A stretch of DNA of 64,000 bases from Octopus vulgaris (lineage: Eukaryota), in the NCBI GenBank assembly GCA_951406725.2, contig OX597819.1, forward strand, positions 96,906,001-96,970,000. Direction: 5' to 3'. Position numbers and translations under genes: made by a program. Numbering within the stretch: position 1 is the first letter of the stretch; every line of letters begins with the position of its first letter. The notes beneath the pieces were generated by a model, which was given only the letters and a program-made list of their open reading frames with translations, was not told the DNA's origin and searched no databases. Positions 13,430-26,434 of the stretch are shown here, in pieces.

Positions 13430-13980
13430 ATTTGAAAATACGAAGGCAGAACGGCCGAATTTTCTAATATTGATTGACGTCAATCACAGATCACTGGCAT
13501 TTGATAACTCCACAGCTCTTGTCCTATTTTACTTCAATAGAAAACATTAATATATCTTTAAACTGCAGAGAAAAAGAACCGAGAAAATAGTGGCTGTTAT
13601 TAGCTTTGAATCGATGTGTTGAGTCCGCGAGAATGAAGTCAAATATTAGCAACACTTGGATCTAAATTGAAAAGAACAAGTATGGCGAAATATTAAAAAA
13701 AAAATGGGGAGCATTGGAGCATCGGAGAGAGGACCATGATTTAAAAAATTTCGTTGTTTTGTTGGAATTGTTAATGGAATGTAATGAAGAATATTAGTGA
13801 AAGGTTTGGCTGGAGAAAAATATTGGAGAATATGAAGGGAAGAGTGTTTATAAATTGAATGACGTTTGGTGTTTTAGGAGACCAAACTCTGAGGAGATTT
13901 ATCTGAATAGAATCGGTCTGTGAGGTACGACGAAAGGCTGCAAAGAAATATTGGTGCTTCTTTTTAATATAGAAGCAGTT
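13430..13980 (-). pseudogene. Highly decayed L2/CR1-like RT relic
   Basis: Minus-strand remnants [21 protein letters not shown] and KFGRSAF resemble L2/CR1 ORF2 motifs; heavily deleted. Confidence 0.4.
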
Positions 13981-14035
13981 TCGATTAATTTGCTAAAACA
14001 CCATATATACGTGTGTGTGTGTGTGTGTGTGTTTG

Positions 14036-14099
<64 letters not shown>

Positions 14100-14136
14100 C
14101 AGATAGATTGACAGACAGACAGACAGACAGACAGAC

Positions 14137-14192
<56 letters not shown>

Positions 14193-15183
14193 GCACGCGT
14201 GTTTATCTATACACACATATGCTCGTATACACATCACTACTTAGCGCTGCCATTCTGTATTTTATTCACGATGAGCCGCTGCATGGCGCAACCAGTCACT
14301 GAACGATCTCGGGAATATCATAAGAAGTACTTGTCTCTCGTGTCAGTTCGCAGCGACTGCTTTTCCGGTTTCTATGTCTGAAGAAGAGATAATCACTCCA
14401 AAATGCATGCATCTCTTAGTCTGGTTAGGTAGCTCTGTGAACAATTTAGTATATTTACACTTATTAGTCTAAAGCAAGAAATTTTCTCCACGAAAAAATA
14501 CGGTGAATGCTTTTCATACGAGTTCGAATATACCCCGAGCATATTTCAAGTAGTAACAAGTTTGTACTTACATCACTGCTAAGCATTGTCACTCCATATA
14601 TACGTCCGTACGTACGTACGTCCGTCCGTCCGTCCGTCCATCCGTCCATCCATCCATCCATCCATCCATACATACATACATACATACCTACATACCTACC
14701 TACCTACCTACCTACCTACCTACCTACCTACCTACATACATACATACATACATACATAGTAATAATAGTCGATTTTAATTTTGCGCTATCAGGAAACTTA
14801 TAGCTACATTAATCTGTTACGTCTAAAAATACGTGGTTGTAATTTGCATACTATTGTGGTATACGTTCTTAGAGAGGATGATGCGCCACCCTGAAAACGG
14901 AGGCCGGATATACGGCAATGCTTAGATGCAGTCACTGCGGGTTGCATTTTCTTAACTTTTACACATCATTCTGTCTGCTAACATTACAACTATTATGTAA
15001 CTCCGATCCCCCAGAAACAGCTGTCGGACCTGAAATACCAGGCCCTCTCCTCTAAGTTCTCTGTATCATTTATACCCCACATAAATCTGTTCTGTAAATA
15101 TATAAATATCTGTATGCTTATACATGAATATTCATCTGAATATTTTCAGTTTTGTTTCTTTCACTCTTTCTCTCTCACTATAA

Positions 15184-15238
<55 letters not shown>

Positions 15239-15862
15239 CCTATATATATTTATATGTATACATCTATGTACATTTTATACATCAAGCCCAAGCGTATTCA
15301 TTTGTTTATTTGCATCATTAGATACATATACGCACTAAACATTGTCTTTGAAGCTGCTAAAACACTATTTGAGAAGAGAGATTAAAGATTCTTCTGATAA
15401 TTTTGTTGACTTCATTTTTAAAATCTATAGGTGGGTGATAAGAATTAATGTTATTATTGGTCTTTTGTTCATTGAGTTTGTTATGGAGCTTAAATGTGTC
15501 TGTGTCTAAGTTAACGGTGACATATAAGAAGTTTGCAATTTTTAGGCCTAGTGTTTAAAAAGTGGTTATGAACTGTTTTACTAAATCTATCTAAACAGTG
15601 CCCAGTAGCATGTGATGCAACGGCCAATTATTCATCTATATATATGAATTAGCTGTGGAATCATAAACATACAAATATATCTATATCATTGTTTCGACCC
15701 CTGGTTGTCTCCAGTCACCCGAAGACGAGCAAGAGTCGAAACGATTCTAATGCGAACTATTCAATATAATATATGTGTTGAATACTACCCGTGAAAGTAA
15801 CTGACTTCGATTGAACCGATTTCAGCAAACTAAAGGCGTTGTGTGTGCGTGTGTGTGTGTGA

Positions 15863-15916
<54 letters not shown>

Positions 15917-15959
15917 CTGGTCTCATCGGTCCCAATGAAAGAACTTAGATTAATTGATC

Positions 15960-16117
15960 TTCTAAAGATAACAGCCAACTCCCCCTCAAAACACAACCGG
16001 CGCTTTAAGTAAGGATATGATGACACATTAGACAATGCGGTCGGAGATGCTCACGGTTGGAATGCCTTTGAACATGGGTTTGCTCGATCAGAACTGACGA
16101 GACTACAACAACAACAG
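15960..16117 (+). repeat. Old interspersed repeat (SINE-like 3' part ending 'ggaatgcctttga..ctgctcgatcag..aacaacaac')
   Basis: Diverged copies also near 10990-11055 (-), 31410-31555, 49490-49575 and 56270-56380. Confidence 0.55.
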
Positions 16118-16954
16118 AAGCTAGTGATTGAAGACGAGTTCATTTCAGTGTGCCATGAAAATAGTTTATTCTAAACCACCATAATAATAAAATATTTATA
16201 TTATCGATGTTGCCGTCATCTTTTATGAAGTGATAGCACAGTTTATCAGTTTATATTTTAATAGAGATAACCTATACGTTATTTCATTTCACAAACCACT
16301 CACTCTAGCAGTAATATTTTAAATCAGTTTTACTAGCAGCATCTCAATAAACATTATATCATATCATTTAGTTATATAATTGCTGCGATTTATTTTGCTC
16401 TGCATAATAGTTTCATTTTATATATCTTTGTAGGCTTATGTTATTTTATTTATTTATTGCAAATTAACCCTGCCCGTCGTAAAGAAACCTCATTCGTTGA
16501 TTTAGAGTCCTTTGAGTATAAAATAGATTTCAGTTATTCAAATTGAGAACTGCAATTCATCAAGTAAGCCAAACGAGATTTCTCATACAGACACAAGGTT
16601 AAAAATATTCAAGTGAAATTTGTTTATGACTGACTTTACGAGTTAGTCGCTAATCTAGGGAGCTTCTGGAGGATAAAATGGCAAACTCATGAAATTGCTT
16701 GAATGGTTTATTTCTTAAGGGAGGAATAATACCTTAGTTTGGAAACTCTTTTTGCCAAACATTGATTTTATACTTTTTCTTTTCCTATCTTTTCTTCTTC
16801 TTAAGAATTAATTCCGTTTTGTTTTTCCCCCAACTAAACTACCTTACATTATTCATTTTCTTCGTGCTATCCTCTTCTAGACTTTTCTCGTTATTTTCCT
16901 CTCTACCTGTGTGACCGTCACTCGACCTATTCCTGTTTCTTTCTGTCTATCAAT

Positions 16955-17000
<46 letters not shown>

Positions 17001-17828
17001 CTCTTTCTCTTTATATTTCTGAGTATGAGAGTGTATGTATGTATATTTGTATGTATGTATGTATCTGTGCGCACGTGCGTTATGAAAAATATTGCTTAAA
17101 TTGAGGATTCTTCGTAAGAAATGAAAGTGTAACTATGTTGCTTCCATAAACAAGAGTTTACTGTCGTAAAAAAAGTTGAAAGTAAATTGTGATAAAAAAC
17201 AGAGATCAAAACACGACCACAAGGACCTAGATGTATAGTAAATTCTAGTAACGTGTTAAACAGTTTCAGAAATAGCAGCTGAGGCACACCGTTCCGACGT
17301 ACTATACCCAGCAAAGACCACTACTGAAAAAGCAATTCGGTGTGTTGCATGTCGACGCATGATGGCCAACGTAGTTATATATGAGCAATGCAAAAATCTT
17401 CCTCTATTAATGAGTTGTGCACAAGGAACCGACGGGAAACGGTGGTGTTGTCCCTGTGGATTCACTCGGAATATATGAGCCAATTTCTCTTTTGAGAAGA
17501 GCCATTTGACTATGAATAATATTTCAACTAACGTACATATGGGTAAGATATTGTTACAGACTTTGTTTACATGAAATTATGAGATGTTACTGACATCCCC
17601 ACCGGTTTCTATCGCAAATGTTTTTATAGGACAATTTACATTCACTTTCTACGACGGTAAACTGCATATTAAACTTTGCTCCTCTCTGAAATGATATTTA
17701 CGTAATGATATTGTCAAAGAGAATCTTTTTAGAAATGCAAGTATAGTTAGTGTAGCAGTAAACATATTGTTTATTATTATCATCTTCAGCAAGCAGCTAT
17801 ACATTTTCCATATCAGTGAGTATATATT

Positions 17829-18424
17829 TGTAACGAACTTCGTGAGTGAATATCTTCTCTTGTACTTTCGGGGTACAAGAAAGCAATCACTAGCCGTTGC
17901 TTTAATAATCCAGAATTCTACCAGTCAGAAACAACAAGACGCAGACGTAAAATATATATATACTACTTTATTCTCTTTCTTGGTAACAATAACAATAAGT
18001 GGTTATCTGATGTCCTTGGTTCGGGGCGCGCAAGGCTGAAAGTTAATCGATTGTAATATTTACAATATTCAGCCGCTAAAACCAGAACGGGTTCAAGATG
18101 GCGTCGAACAGGGAAGTTGAATGTGGTCGGCAACAATTTGGTTAAAAGCTTTCGGCCGACTGCTATCAAAACTGGACAGCGAGAATACACGTCCGTCTCC
18201 TTCGGTCGCAGCTGTCCCAAGTCGCCGCTGCTGCTGGACGCTGGTGGTCAACGTCTTACGACCCCCTTGCCTCGGCTAACTGCTACGTAGGCAAAAGGGT
18301 TCTTCTTCCGGTGCTTCGCGCATGCGCGAGAGGGCCCTTCCTCTCTCTGCCTTGGTAAAGGCACCAACACGCGCGAAATACAAATGGACGGTGCGCGAGC
18401 GCGCGCCGTTATAGGATCACTACA
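17829..18424 (-). repeat. 3' LTR (596 bp)
   Basis: tgtaacg...cactaca; the minus strand carries AATAAA/ATTAAA toward the LTR 3' end. Confidence 0.93.
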
Positions 18425-18427
18425 AGG

Positions 18428-18436
18428 CTCCCCTCC
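18428..18436 (-). promoter_or_regulatory. Polypurine tract
   Basis: GGAGGGGAG on the minus strand, 3 nt before the 3' LTR. Confidence 0.75.
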
Positions 18437-19954
18437 AGTGCGTACGCACGAAAGGAAACTTATTGTAGTGACTGCAAAACTCAAGGTGGACACCAGATAA
18501 CCAAATAGCACACAATAATATAATGGCAAAATTTATAACATACACAAGAAATTTACTAAAGGAAAAAGAGAAAAAATACTCAATGAGCAAAAATCAAGAG
18601 TGCATGCATGAAAGTGTATACGTCACAAAGTATAAACCCATCCGCTGAAAGGAGCGGAGGGAAAGCAAAACTCACAGTCAATGAACCTGGGCGAAATAAA
18701 AATCCAACTTCTCTAAAGGTGGTTGATCCTGCAAAATAGCAGTTAAATCAATTGCTGCAGGAGAGGAAATGGAATTGACAGAAGCTCGCTAGTAACACAA
18801 AAGGCAAAAGTGCAAACATGCTGGTGTGATGCGCGACACAGATAATTTTCTCTGTTAATTACGTGACCAACAGTGGTCTAACAGGGAAAAATAATTACGC
18901 CCATACATAGGCGCAGCGCATGTGAACATCCGACGTCCTATGAGTCGGGAAAAAAAACTAAGCTACTGCAAACGTGTTGCAAAAAACAAAGCAAGTACAC
19001 GATGCGAAGCAAAGGCGCATGAAATGCAATAGTGCTTGCCAGACCGAAAAACAGCAAGAATATGCCAGTGGTTGAGCGATTATATGCCTCGTTCGTACAG
19101 GAACAAAGGTATGGCATGCTGGCGCGTTATAATGGACAAACAACCCTCTCTATGTATACGTGACCGACCTAGGGTCTATAGAAATGAGGGGTGTCCACAA
19201 AAGGCAAATTCAGCATGGAAAAAAAAAACAAGCGAGAAAAGCATGTGTGACGTATGTATGTGAGAGAGAGCATTTATGTGTGTGTACGTGTGTGCGACAG
19301 AAATACATACAAGGTGAATGCGAGCAAAATATAAAAAATACAGCGCATAGAAAAAAAAATGTCTCTCAAGGCTATTTCAGACAATGGAGTTAGTTTACCA
19401 GTCTATAATAGCCTGAAGCACAATAGCAGTTCGTTCTGTAACAGAAATGTTGAAATCACAAATGCAGATGCCGGTTGAACACATATCGTGTAGCGGTTGT
19501 GGCTTCAATGCTGTGACAGGTTAACTGGAACAGAAGAATCTCGTGGATAGACGGTGCTGTAAATTCTTGGTGTGCATATGCACATACAGCGTGCACGCTA
19601 AAGTTCCGCGAGTTGCTATGTACATCTTGGTAGACGGTGTTGAAAGGCGACGGTGGTGGTGGCGACTGTAGTGGACTTGGGACAACATCGTTCTTAGTGA
19701 TGATGGCGACGAAGATAGCGACGACGTGAAGTAGAAAGACGACGATGGCGATGACGAAGGTGGAGAAAAGGCATCGTTGATATGATGGCGTTCGTCATCA
19801 TGGCTGTAGAATAAGAAAGAGGCTCCTTCTACAACTGTTTGTAGTGGCCGGAAACAAATCGTCGAAAGATGAATGCGTAGAGTTAATCGTGTTCCGACTT
19901 CGCAGAAAAACTGGATTTCCTTTGTTGTTAAGTGATCTCTGGTTTTAGACCAGA

Positions 19955-19974
19955 ATCACGTCGGGGGGTCACCA
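19955..19974 (-). promoter_or_regulatory. Primer binding site for tRNA-Trp
   Basis: TGGTGACCCCCCGACGTGAT, 1 nt after the 5' LTR. This is the known tRNA-Trp PBS TGGTGACCCCGACGTGAT with two extra C. Confidence 0.88.
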
Positions 19975-19975
19975 C

Positions 19976-20572
19976 TGTAACGAACTTCAATGAGTGAATA
20001 TCTTCTCTTGTACTTTCGGGGTACAAGAAAGCAATCACTAGCCGTTGCTTTAATAATCCAGAATTCTACCAGTCAGAAACAACAAGACGCAGACGTAAAA
20101 TATATATATACTACTTTATTCTCTTTCTTGGTAACAATAACAATAAGTGGTTATCTGATGTCCTTGGTTCGGGGCGCGCAAGGCTGAAAGTTAATCGATT
20201 GTAATATTTACAATATTCAGCCGCTAAAACCAGAACGGGTTCAAGATGGCGTCGAACAGGGAAGTTGAATGTGGTCGGCAACAATTTGGTTAAAAGCTTT
20301 CGGCCGACTGCTATCAAAACTGGACAGCGAGAATACACGTCCGTCTCCTTCGGTCGAAGCTGTCCCAAGTCGCCGCTGCTGCTGGACGCTGGTGGTCAAC
20401 GTCTTACGACCCCCTTGCCTCGGCTAACTGCTACGTAGGCAAAAGGGTTCTTCTTCCGGTGCTTCGCGCATGCGCAAGAGGGCCCTTCCTCTCTCTGCCT
20501 TGGTAAAGGCACCAACACGCGCGAAATACAAATGGACGGTGCGCGAGCGCGCGCCGTTATAGGATCACTACA
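19976..20572 (-). repeat. 5' LTR (597 bp)
   Basis: Near-identical to 17829-18424. Confidence 0.93.
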
Positions 20573-20763
20573 TATTTCTTTATTGCGCACAAGGGGCTAA
20601 ATACAGAGGGGACAAACAAGGACAGACAAGGGGATTAAGTCGATTAGATCGACCCCAGTGATTAACTGGTACTTATTTAATCGACTTCGTAAGGATGAAA
20701 AGCAAAGTCGACCATGGCAGAATTTGAACTCAGAACGTAACGTTTCTGCCAGCTCACCGCCTT
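20573..20763 (-). mobile_element. SINE family A whose TSD is split by the LTR element
   Basis: TSD catatcagtgagtata at 17809-17824 and 20764-20779. Confidence 0.88.
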
Positions 20764-21451
20764 CATATCAGTGAGTATAATCAATGCTAAATGTTTGGCT
20801 CTTAAATAATAGCACCAACAGAGAGCTCTTGGTATTTGATAAATATATAATTAGTCGAGCGATTGGAGTTCTTTATACGGAGTATCAGTTCTGAGTGTAT
20901 GGTCCGTGATAAAGTCATTTCAGGTAGAATGGGGAGACGATGACACTTTTGCAAGACAACGGATTTGATAGAATTTGATTACAAAGATGCAGTTATTTAA
21001 AACACTTCGGTTTAAGGGAACAATTATGGAAGCAATCCATTGAAGTAGAATTTACTAAATTTCTTGGATGAAACCAATTCTTACTTCAATGGTTCCGAAA
21101 TAGTAAACGTTACAGTTTTGGTTTTATTGTGATTTATCACGTAAAGAATACAGATTTCCTCTGAAATAAGTATTCGGTAAATCCTGTTAGAAACCCATAC
21201 AGTAAAAGCTTTGGGTATTTATGTTAATGGTGGTTTATGTAACAATATATAAAGCACTGAAACTAGAATGGATTTTGCATTCTTTTGTTGAGTATATATC
21301 ATAGATGCTATGTAGTTGTATCATATAATAACATGACGTATTTATACGATATAAGCACTTTGTTGTGTAACTATGTCATATAACAAACACACCTATATAT
21401 ACACACACACGCATACATGGTTATATACATATACATACATATATATATATG

Positions 21452-21516
<65 letters not shown>

Positions 21517-21572
21517 TTAGACACTCACACACATATATGTAATAAGCAAGCTTCTTAGCCCTCAGCCATATT

Positions 21573-21830
<258 letters not shown>

Positions 21831-22289
21831 GTGTGTGCGCGTGCGGGCATTATTTTTTATTTCTTTCATTGTGTACTTGAGCAAGGCACTTCATTTCACG
21901 TTGCTTCACTCAGTTGAAAGTGTGTAACAATGGCACCTGGGGTAGGGATTAACCCTGTGACGCGCTACTGTCCTATTCAGAAGGAAGTCTTGTATTTTCA
22001 GTCGCTTAATCTCTGTGGAAACCAAGATAAATCCTTGTTTAGTGGGCCAAGATAGACTTAACATTGTAAAGACTATCCTGATTCATTTTTCCCTTGTCTT
22101 TGTTTATAACATACAGGGTACTCTCCTCCTCTAGAGTAACATATCCATAGAAAAAGAAAGGCTGAAAAATTAATTATAGTAAGAGCTATCAGTTCCTCAT
22201 AGTAAAAGCTGTAATACACACTCTCTGTCAGTCTGTCTGTCTTTTTCTCTCTTCCCGTTCTCTCCCTCTTTCCTCTTTCTCATCTCTCT

Positions 22290-22342
<53 letters not shown>

Positions 22343-22964
22343 GTTCAGTAGTGCTTTCTGTGTGTAGCGTTACTAAAATTTGAAGTTTAATGAAATTAAG
22401 ACAAATACATGAAAAAAAAGTCGCCATTTGTCTGTGAAAATAGAAAGAAGCAAAATGGGTGTTCGTATTAGTAAATTACTGTAACAGAAACGGCGTCATT
22501 AACTGTTAATTAGTTTAGCTATAGTTATATAATTAATTACTACACCTGTAGTTACACAGCTGAACATATAATAGTTCCCAGTCTTCGTATAACTGTAATA
22601 GAAGTGGTTTGGATGTTAGTACAATCGTACAATCGTAAAGACAGTAATTTAGAAGCTAGTAGAGTGGTATCTGTTGAAATGTGGGTTTTATGTAACTAGT
22701 GATGGTAATATAGATGTTAGTAGCTGCTGTGCTGGTGATCTGAGTGTTAGTAAAGCTCTAGTGTTGCACTTAAGCTATTAATACACCTGCAGCTGTAATA
22801 TCATGGGTGTTGGTGCAGCTGTTGTGCTGGTACTGTGGTTTCAACAAAACGACTGTAGGGCTGGTAATAAATGTAGAAGTTTCTGGTGACAGTTTAGATG
22901 GTAGCACATCTAACTAGTATGTGATAGTTTATGTGGTAGTTTAGTACTGTGCGTTTGTTTAGAC

Positions 22965-23259
22965 TAGTAGTTCTCGAGTAGGGTCTATATGGACCCCGAG
23001 GGGCCCATATAGGAATTTTAGAGTCCATACAAACGAAATAGTAAATTGAAGGTCCACTAGGAGTGGCTGTATGGTAAGTAGCTATAGGCGTAGGAGTGAC
23101 TGTGTGGTAAGTAGCTTGCTTACCAACCACATTGTTCCGGGTTCGGTCCCACTGCATGGCACCTTGGGCAAGCGTCTTCTACTATAGCCTCGGGCCGACC
23201 AAAGCCTTGTGAGTGGATTTCGTTGACGGAAACTGAAAGAAGCCCGTCGTGTGTTTGTG

Positions 23260-23320
<61 letters not shown>

Positions 23321-23786
23321 GTGTTTGTGTGTGTTTGTTCCCCCCACCCAACATCGCTCGACAACTGATGTTGGTGTGTTTACGTCCCCGTAACTTAGCG
23401 GTTCGGCAAAAGGGGCCGATAGAATAAGTACTAGGCTTACAAAGAATAAGTTCTGGGGTCGATTTGCTCCACTAAAGGCAGTGCTCCAGCATGGCCAAAG
23501 TCAAATGACTGAAACAAGTAAAAGAGTAAAAAGAGTAGTAGTATTTTAGTGGCCCCAGAAAATAATTTGCTTTGAATGTATTTATTGTAAGAAACGGCAA
23601 GGTTTCTTTCTCTAATGTTTGACATAGTTCAAACTGCACAAGTTGTGTGTGAAACAAAATAGGAATTTTGAAAGAAGTATCTATAAAACTCATTTTTAAA
23701 AAATCAAATGGTTATGGGGGTTCACCAGAATAAAATAGTAGTCAAAGAGGCCCATAGATAAAAAAAAAAATAGCTGAGAACCACTG
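22965..23786. mobile_element. hAT (Charlie-like) MITE interrupted by a SINE
   Basis: TIRs tagtagttctc / gagaaccactg (CAGTGGTTCTC type); 8-bp TSD gtttagac (22957-22964) / gtttagat (23787-23794). Confidence 0.75.
23058..23536 (+). mobile_element. Full-length SINE family B with a duplicated 5' head fragment
   Basis: Complete head, CORE-like segment, internal TG tract and (aaaagagt)n tail. Confidence 0.9.
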
Positions 23787-23805
23787 GTTTAGATAGAAGT
23801 AGTTA

Positions 23806-24037
23806 AGGCGGCGAGCTGGCAGAATCGTTAGCACGCCGGGCGAAATATGTAGCCGTATTTCGTCTGCCGTTACATTCTGAGTTCAAATTCCGTCGAGGTC
23901 GACTTTGCCTTTCATCCTTTCGGGGTCGATAAATTAAGTACCAGTTGCGTATTGGGGTCGATATAATCGACTTGATCCGTTTGTCTGTCCTTGTTTGTCC
24001 TCTCTGTGTTTAGCCCCTTGTGGGTAGTAAAGAAATA
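23806..24037 (+). mobile_element. SINE family A
   Basis: Complete copy flanked by ggtttagatag repeats. Confidence 0.9.
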
Positions 24038-24089
24038 GGTTTAGATAGTAGTGGTGCTGGTTGTAGTTTAGATAGCAGAACACCTAAAA

Positions 24090-24510
24090 GTGGTTTTAAA
24101 TTTTGGAAAAAGGTTTTCAATTTGTATGTGAGGGAGTGCTAAGTCGAGTACATCGACTCCAGTACTTCACTTGTACTTTATTTCATCGACCTCGAAAGGA
24201 TGAAAGTTGATCTCGGCGGCATTTCAACTCAGAACGTAAAGACCCAGAAGAAGTGCCACAAAACATTTTGTCTTTCTTGACTGTACATCTAATAATTTTT
24301 TTTTAAATTTTGGCACAAGGCCAGCAATTTTGGGAGAATGAGATCAGTCGATTACATCGACCCTAGTACTTGACTGGTATTTTACTCTATCGACCCGAAA
24401 AGATGGAAAGGCAAAGTCGACTTCGGTGGCATTTGGACGTAAAGAGCAATAAGAAATACCGCTTAGTATTTTGTCCGGCATGCCAACAATTCTGCCAACT
24501 CGCCTCCTTT
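24090..24510 (-). mobile_element. Two older tandem family-A SINE copies
   Basis: Diverged homology at ~24090-24270 and ~24305-24510. Confidence 0.75.
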
Positions 24511-24544
24511 AAGAGTGCTTTAAATAGTGTGTAATAGTTTAGAT

Positions 24545-24689
24545 TAGTCACGGACAAACTGCGGGCCGCTGGACTTTATGAATGACACACCAGCGAAAAC
24601 TTAATTAGAATTTTTTTAGTAATGCGACCCGCCTGATGATGAGCCAGGTCTCATGCGGCCCGCTTCTCCAAAAATATTGCTCATGTTTG
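24545..24689. mobile_element. Short decayed hAT MITE
   Basis: Termini tagtcacggacaaa / ttgctcatgtttg, subterminal gcggSccgc motifs, and TSD-like gtttagat / gttttggt. Confidence 0.55.
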
Positions 24690-26434
24690 GTTTTGGTGGT
24701 AGTGCATCTAGTATGTAGTTGTATTTTAAGCGGCAGTACATGAAGTTTTCTTGACAGAAGTATATGTTAGTATAATGGTAGTGGTGGTGGTTGTGGTGGT
24801 GTCGGTTAGAATCAGTGACACTCTAAAATAATGAATTTCTTTTTATCACATAAAAATATCTGTATCAATAATTATTGATAAATTCAGAAGAGAACAACAA
24901 AGCAGAATGTAATCATATACGTGGCTTCTACTCGGCCAAATACCCACTTCGTACCCAGCTCCTGGCGTTTTTCATTACCATACACAGGGTAATTCTGGCT
25001 ATGGAAATTATTGATGTTATAAATTTTCAGAAATTTAATGGAAGTTTTCCATTTAGATGAAGGTTGCAGGTTAAATGCCTTAACACAACTCATTTGAGAT
25101 AAATCATTTCAAAGAAGCTTATCTAACTGAAATGAAATGACAACACCACCACCACCAACAACAACAACAACGACACAACGGCAACAATCATCAACATCAC
25201 CAGCAATACCAACAATACCAATAGCGCCAACACCAACAGCAACAACAACAGTAATAACTGCGGCAGCAACAACAGCAATAACGGCGGTTTTGTTGATTAT
25301 TTGTTATAACTGTGTTGTGTATGTGTTTAGTTGGAAATATTGTTAATGAACGAACAGATATGCTAAGTCGTTTGATTGTTGTGTCATGTTACAACGAAAT
25401 AAATCAACTTATTCTATCATGTTACAATGATGGAATTTAGGAAGAAAAATTAATTAAAATTGAAATTCCATATAACTGATAGTGTTGTTGAAGAAAGAGA
25501 AAGACCAGAATGGAAAATGTATTTACACAGAGAGGGGAAGGTTGTGCATTTGTGTGTGTTTATGTATGTTAGTGTGTTGGTGTGGTGAGGATGTTAAATT
25601 ATTGTGGATTTTTTCCTCCAAAGATACATTCCCCATGCGATGAAAGCTAATTTGAATAATAAAACTTTTGAAAGATAACAATTAAGTAGAAAGATCGAAT
25701 CACTTACGGGAATATTTGTCGTGGCTATCTTGAAACCGTGTCTTAGCTTGCCATGTAATATTAAGACAATTATAGAGAGAACGAAGTAAAGAAGAAGCTC
25801 CATTCCAAAAATGCGAGCGTAGCTGTTGAAGATAATTTATCAAAAGAAAATAAAAACAGAGTAAACGGGTGGTCGTCTGTGCCAGTCAAAATCAATTAAC
25901 AAAATGGAGAATATGCGCGTGGTGTACAGAGAGGAAAGTATTTCGGTTAACAAATAGTTTTAGCTCTCAAACAAATCCCAATCATTTCAATAAAGAAACA
26001 TATATTATTAGATTTGTACTAAGTAACAAGGAGATAAACTTTGGTCGTTCGAAGAATCGCATTTAGCGAGACTCTGAGTCACAAAGAAGTGCACTATCAA
26101 TTAATAAGCTCTATAACATGAATTGAGCGCTATTTCTACCGCTATTATAGTCAAATATATGTTTGGGATATGATATGATATGTTAACTATAAGGCATCTT
26201 TAGGTTTCATTCCTTCAAAAATTTGGTAGTCTTCAGACGATAAAACAATTGCTTTCTAACAGAAGAAAAACTAATATCATATGCTGGGTTAAGAAGATTA
26301 TATATTACACATAATTGTTAGTAATTAGTTATTTCCCTCAGCTATTTAGAATATAGGGGGTAAGAAAAATATGAATAAAAGATATGTGTGAATAATAAAA
26401 ATAAAAAAAATACATAAATTTTATATAGACAAAA

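Larger units (their letters stand above)
17829..20572 (-). mobile_element. Non-autonomous LTR retrotransposon (Ty3/gypsy-type cis signals), recently inserted
   Basis: Direct repeats 17829-18424 and 19976-20572 with TG...CA ends and ~3 differing sites; 4-bp TSD tatt; PBS and PPT on the minus strand; 1.55-kb internal region without gag/pol ORFs. Confidence 0.93.

Noticed and set aside
15000-15030. GAAACAGCTGTC resembling a hammerhead 3' half
   Set aside because: The CUGANGA half and stem II are absent.
17096-17483. Complex unique sequence with short ORFs, a candidate host exon
   Set aside because: No recognisable domain or convincing splice pair; cannot be supported without RNA data.
19399-19435. 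Possible 37-nt captured exon in the LTR element interior (minus strand ttacag|...|gtaaac)
   Set aside because: Such splice-like motifs are common by chance; no ORF or transcript support.
17767-20590. Duplicated short ORFs at 17767/19990, 17963/20111 and 18248/20396
   Set aside because: They are identical only because they lie in the two LTRs; no recognisable domain.
24630-24660. CTGATGA followed by a hairpin
   Set aside because: No GAAA after the stem; it lies inside a hAT MITE.
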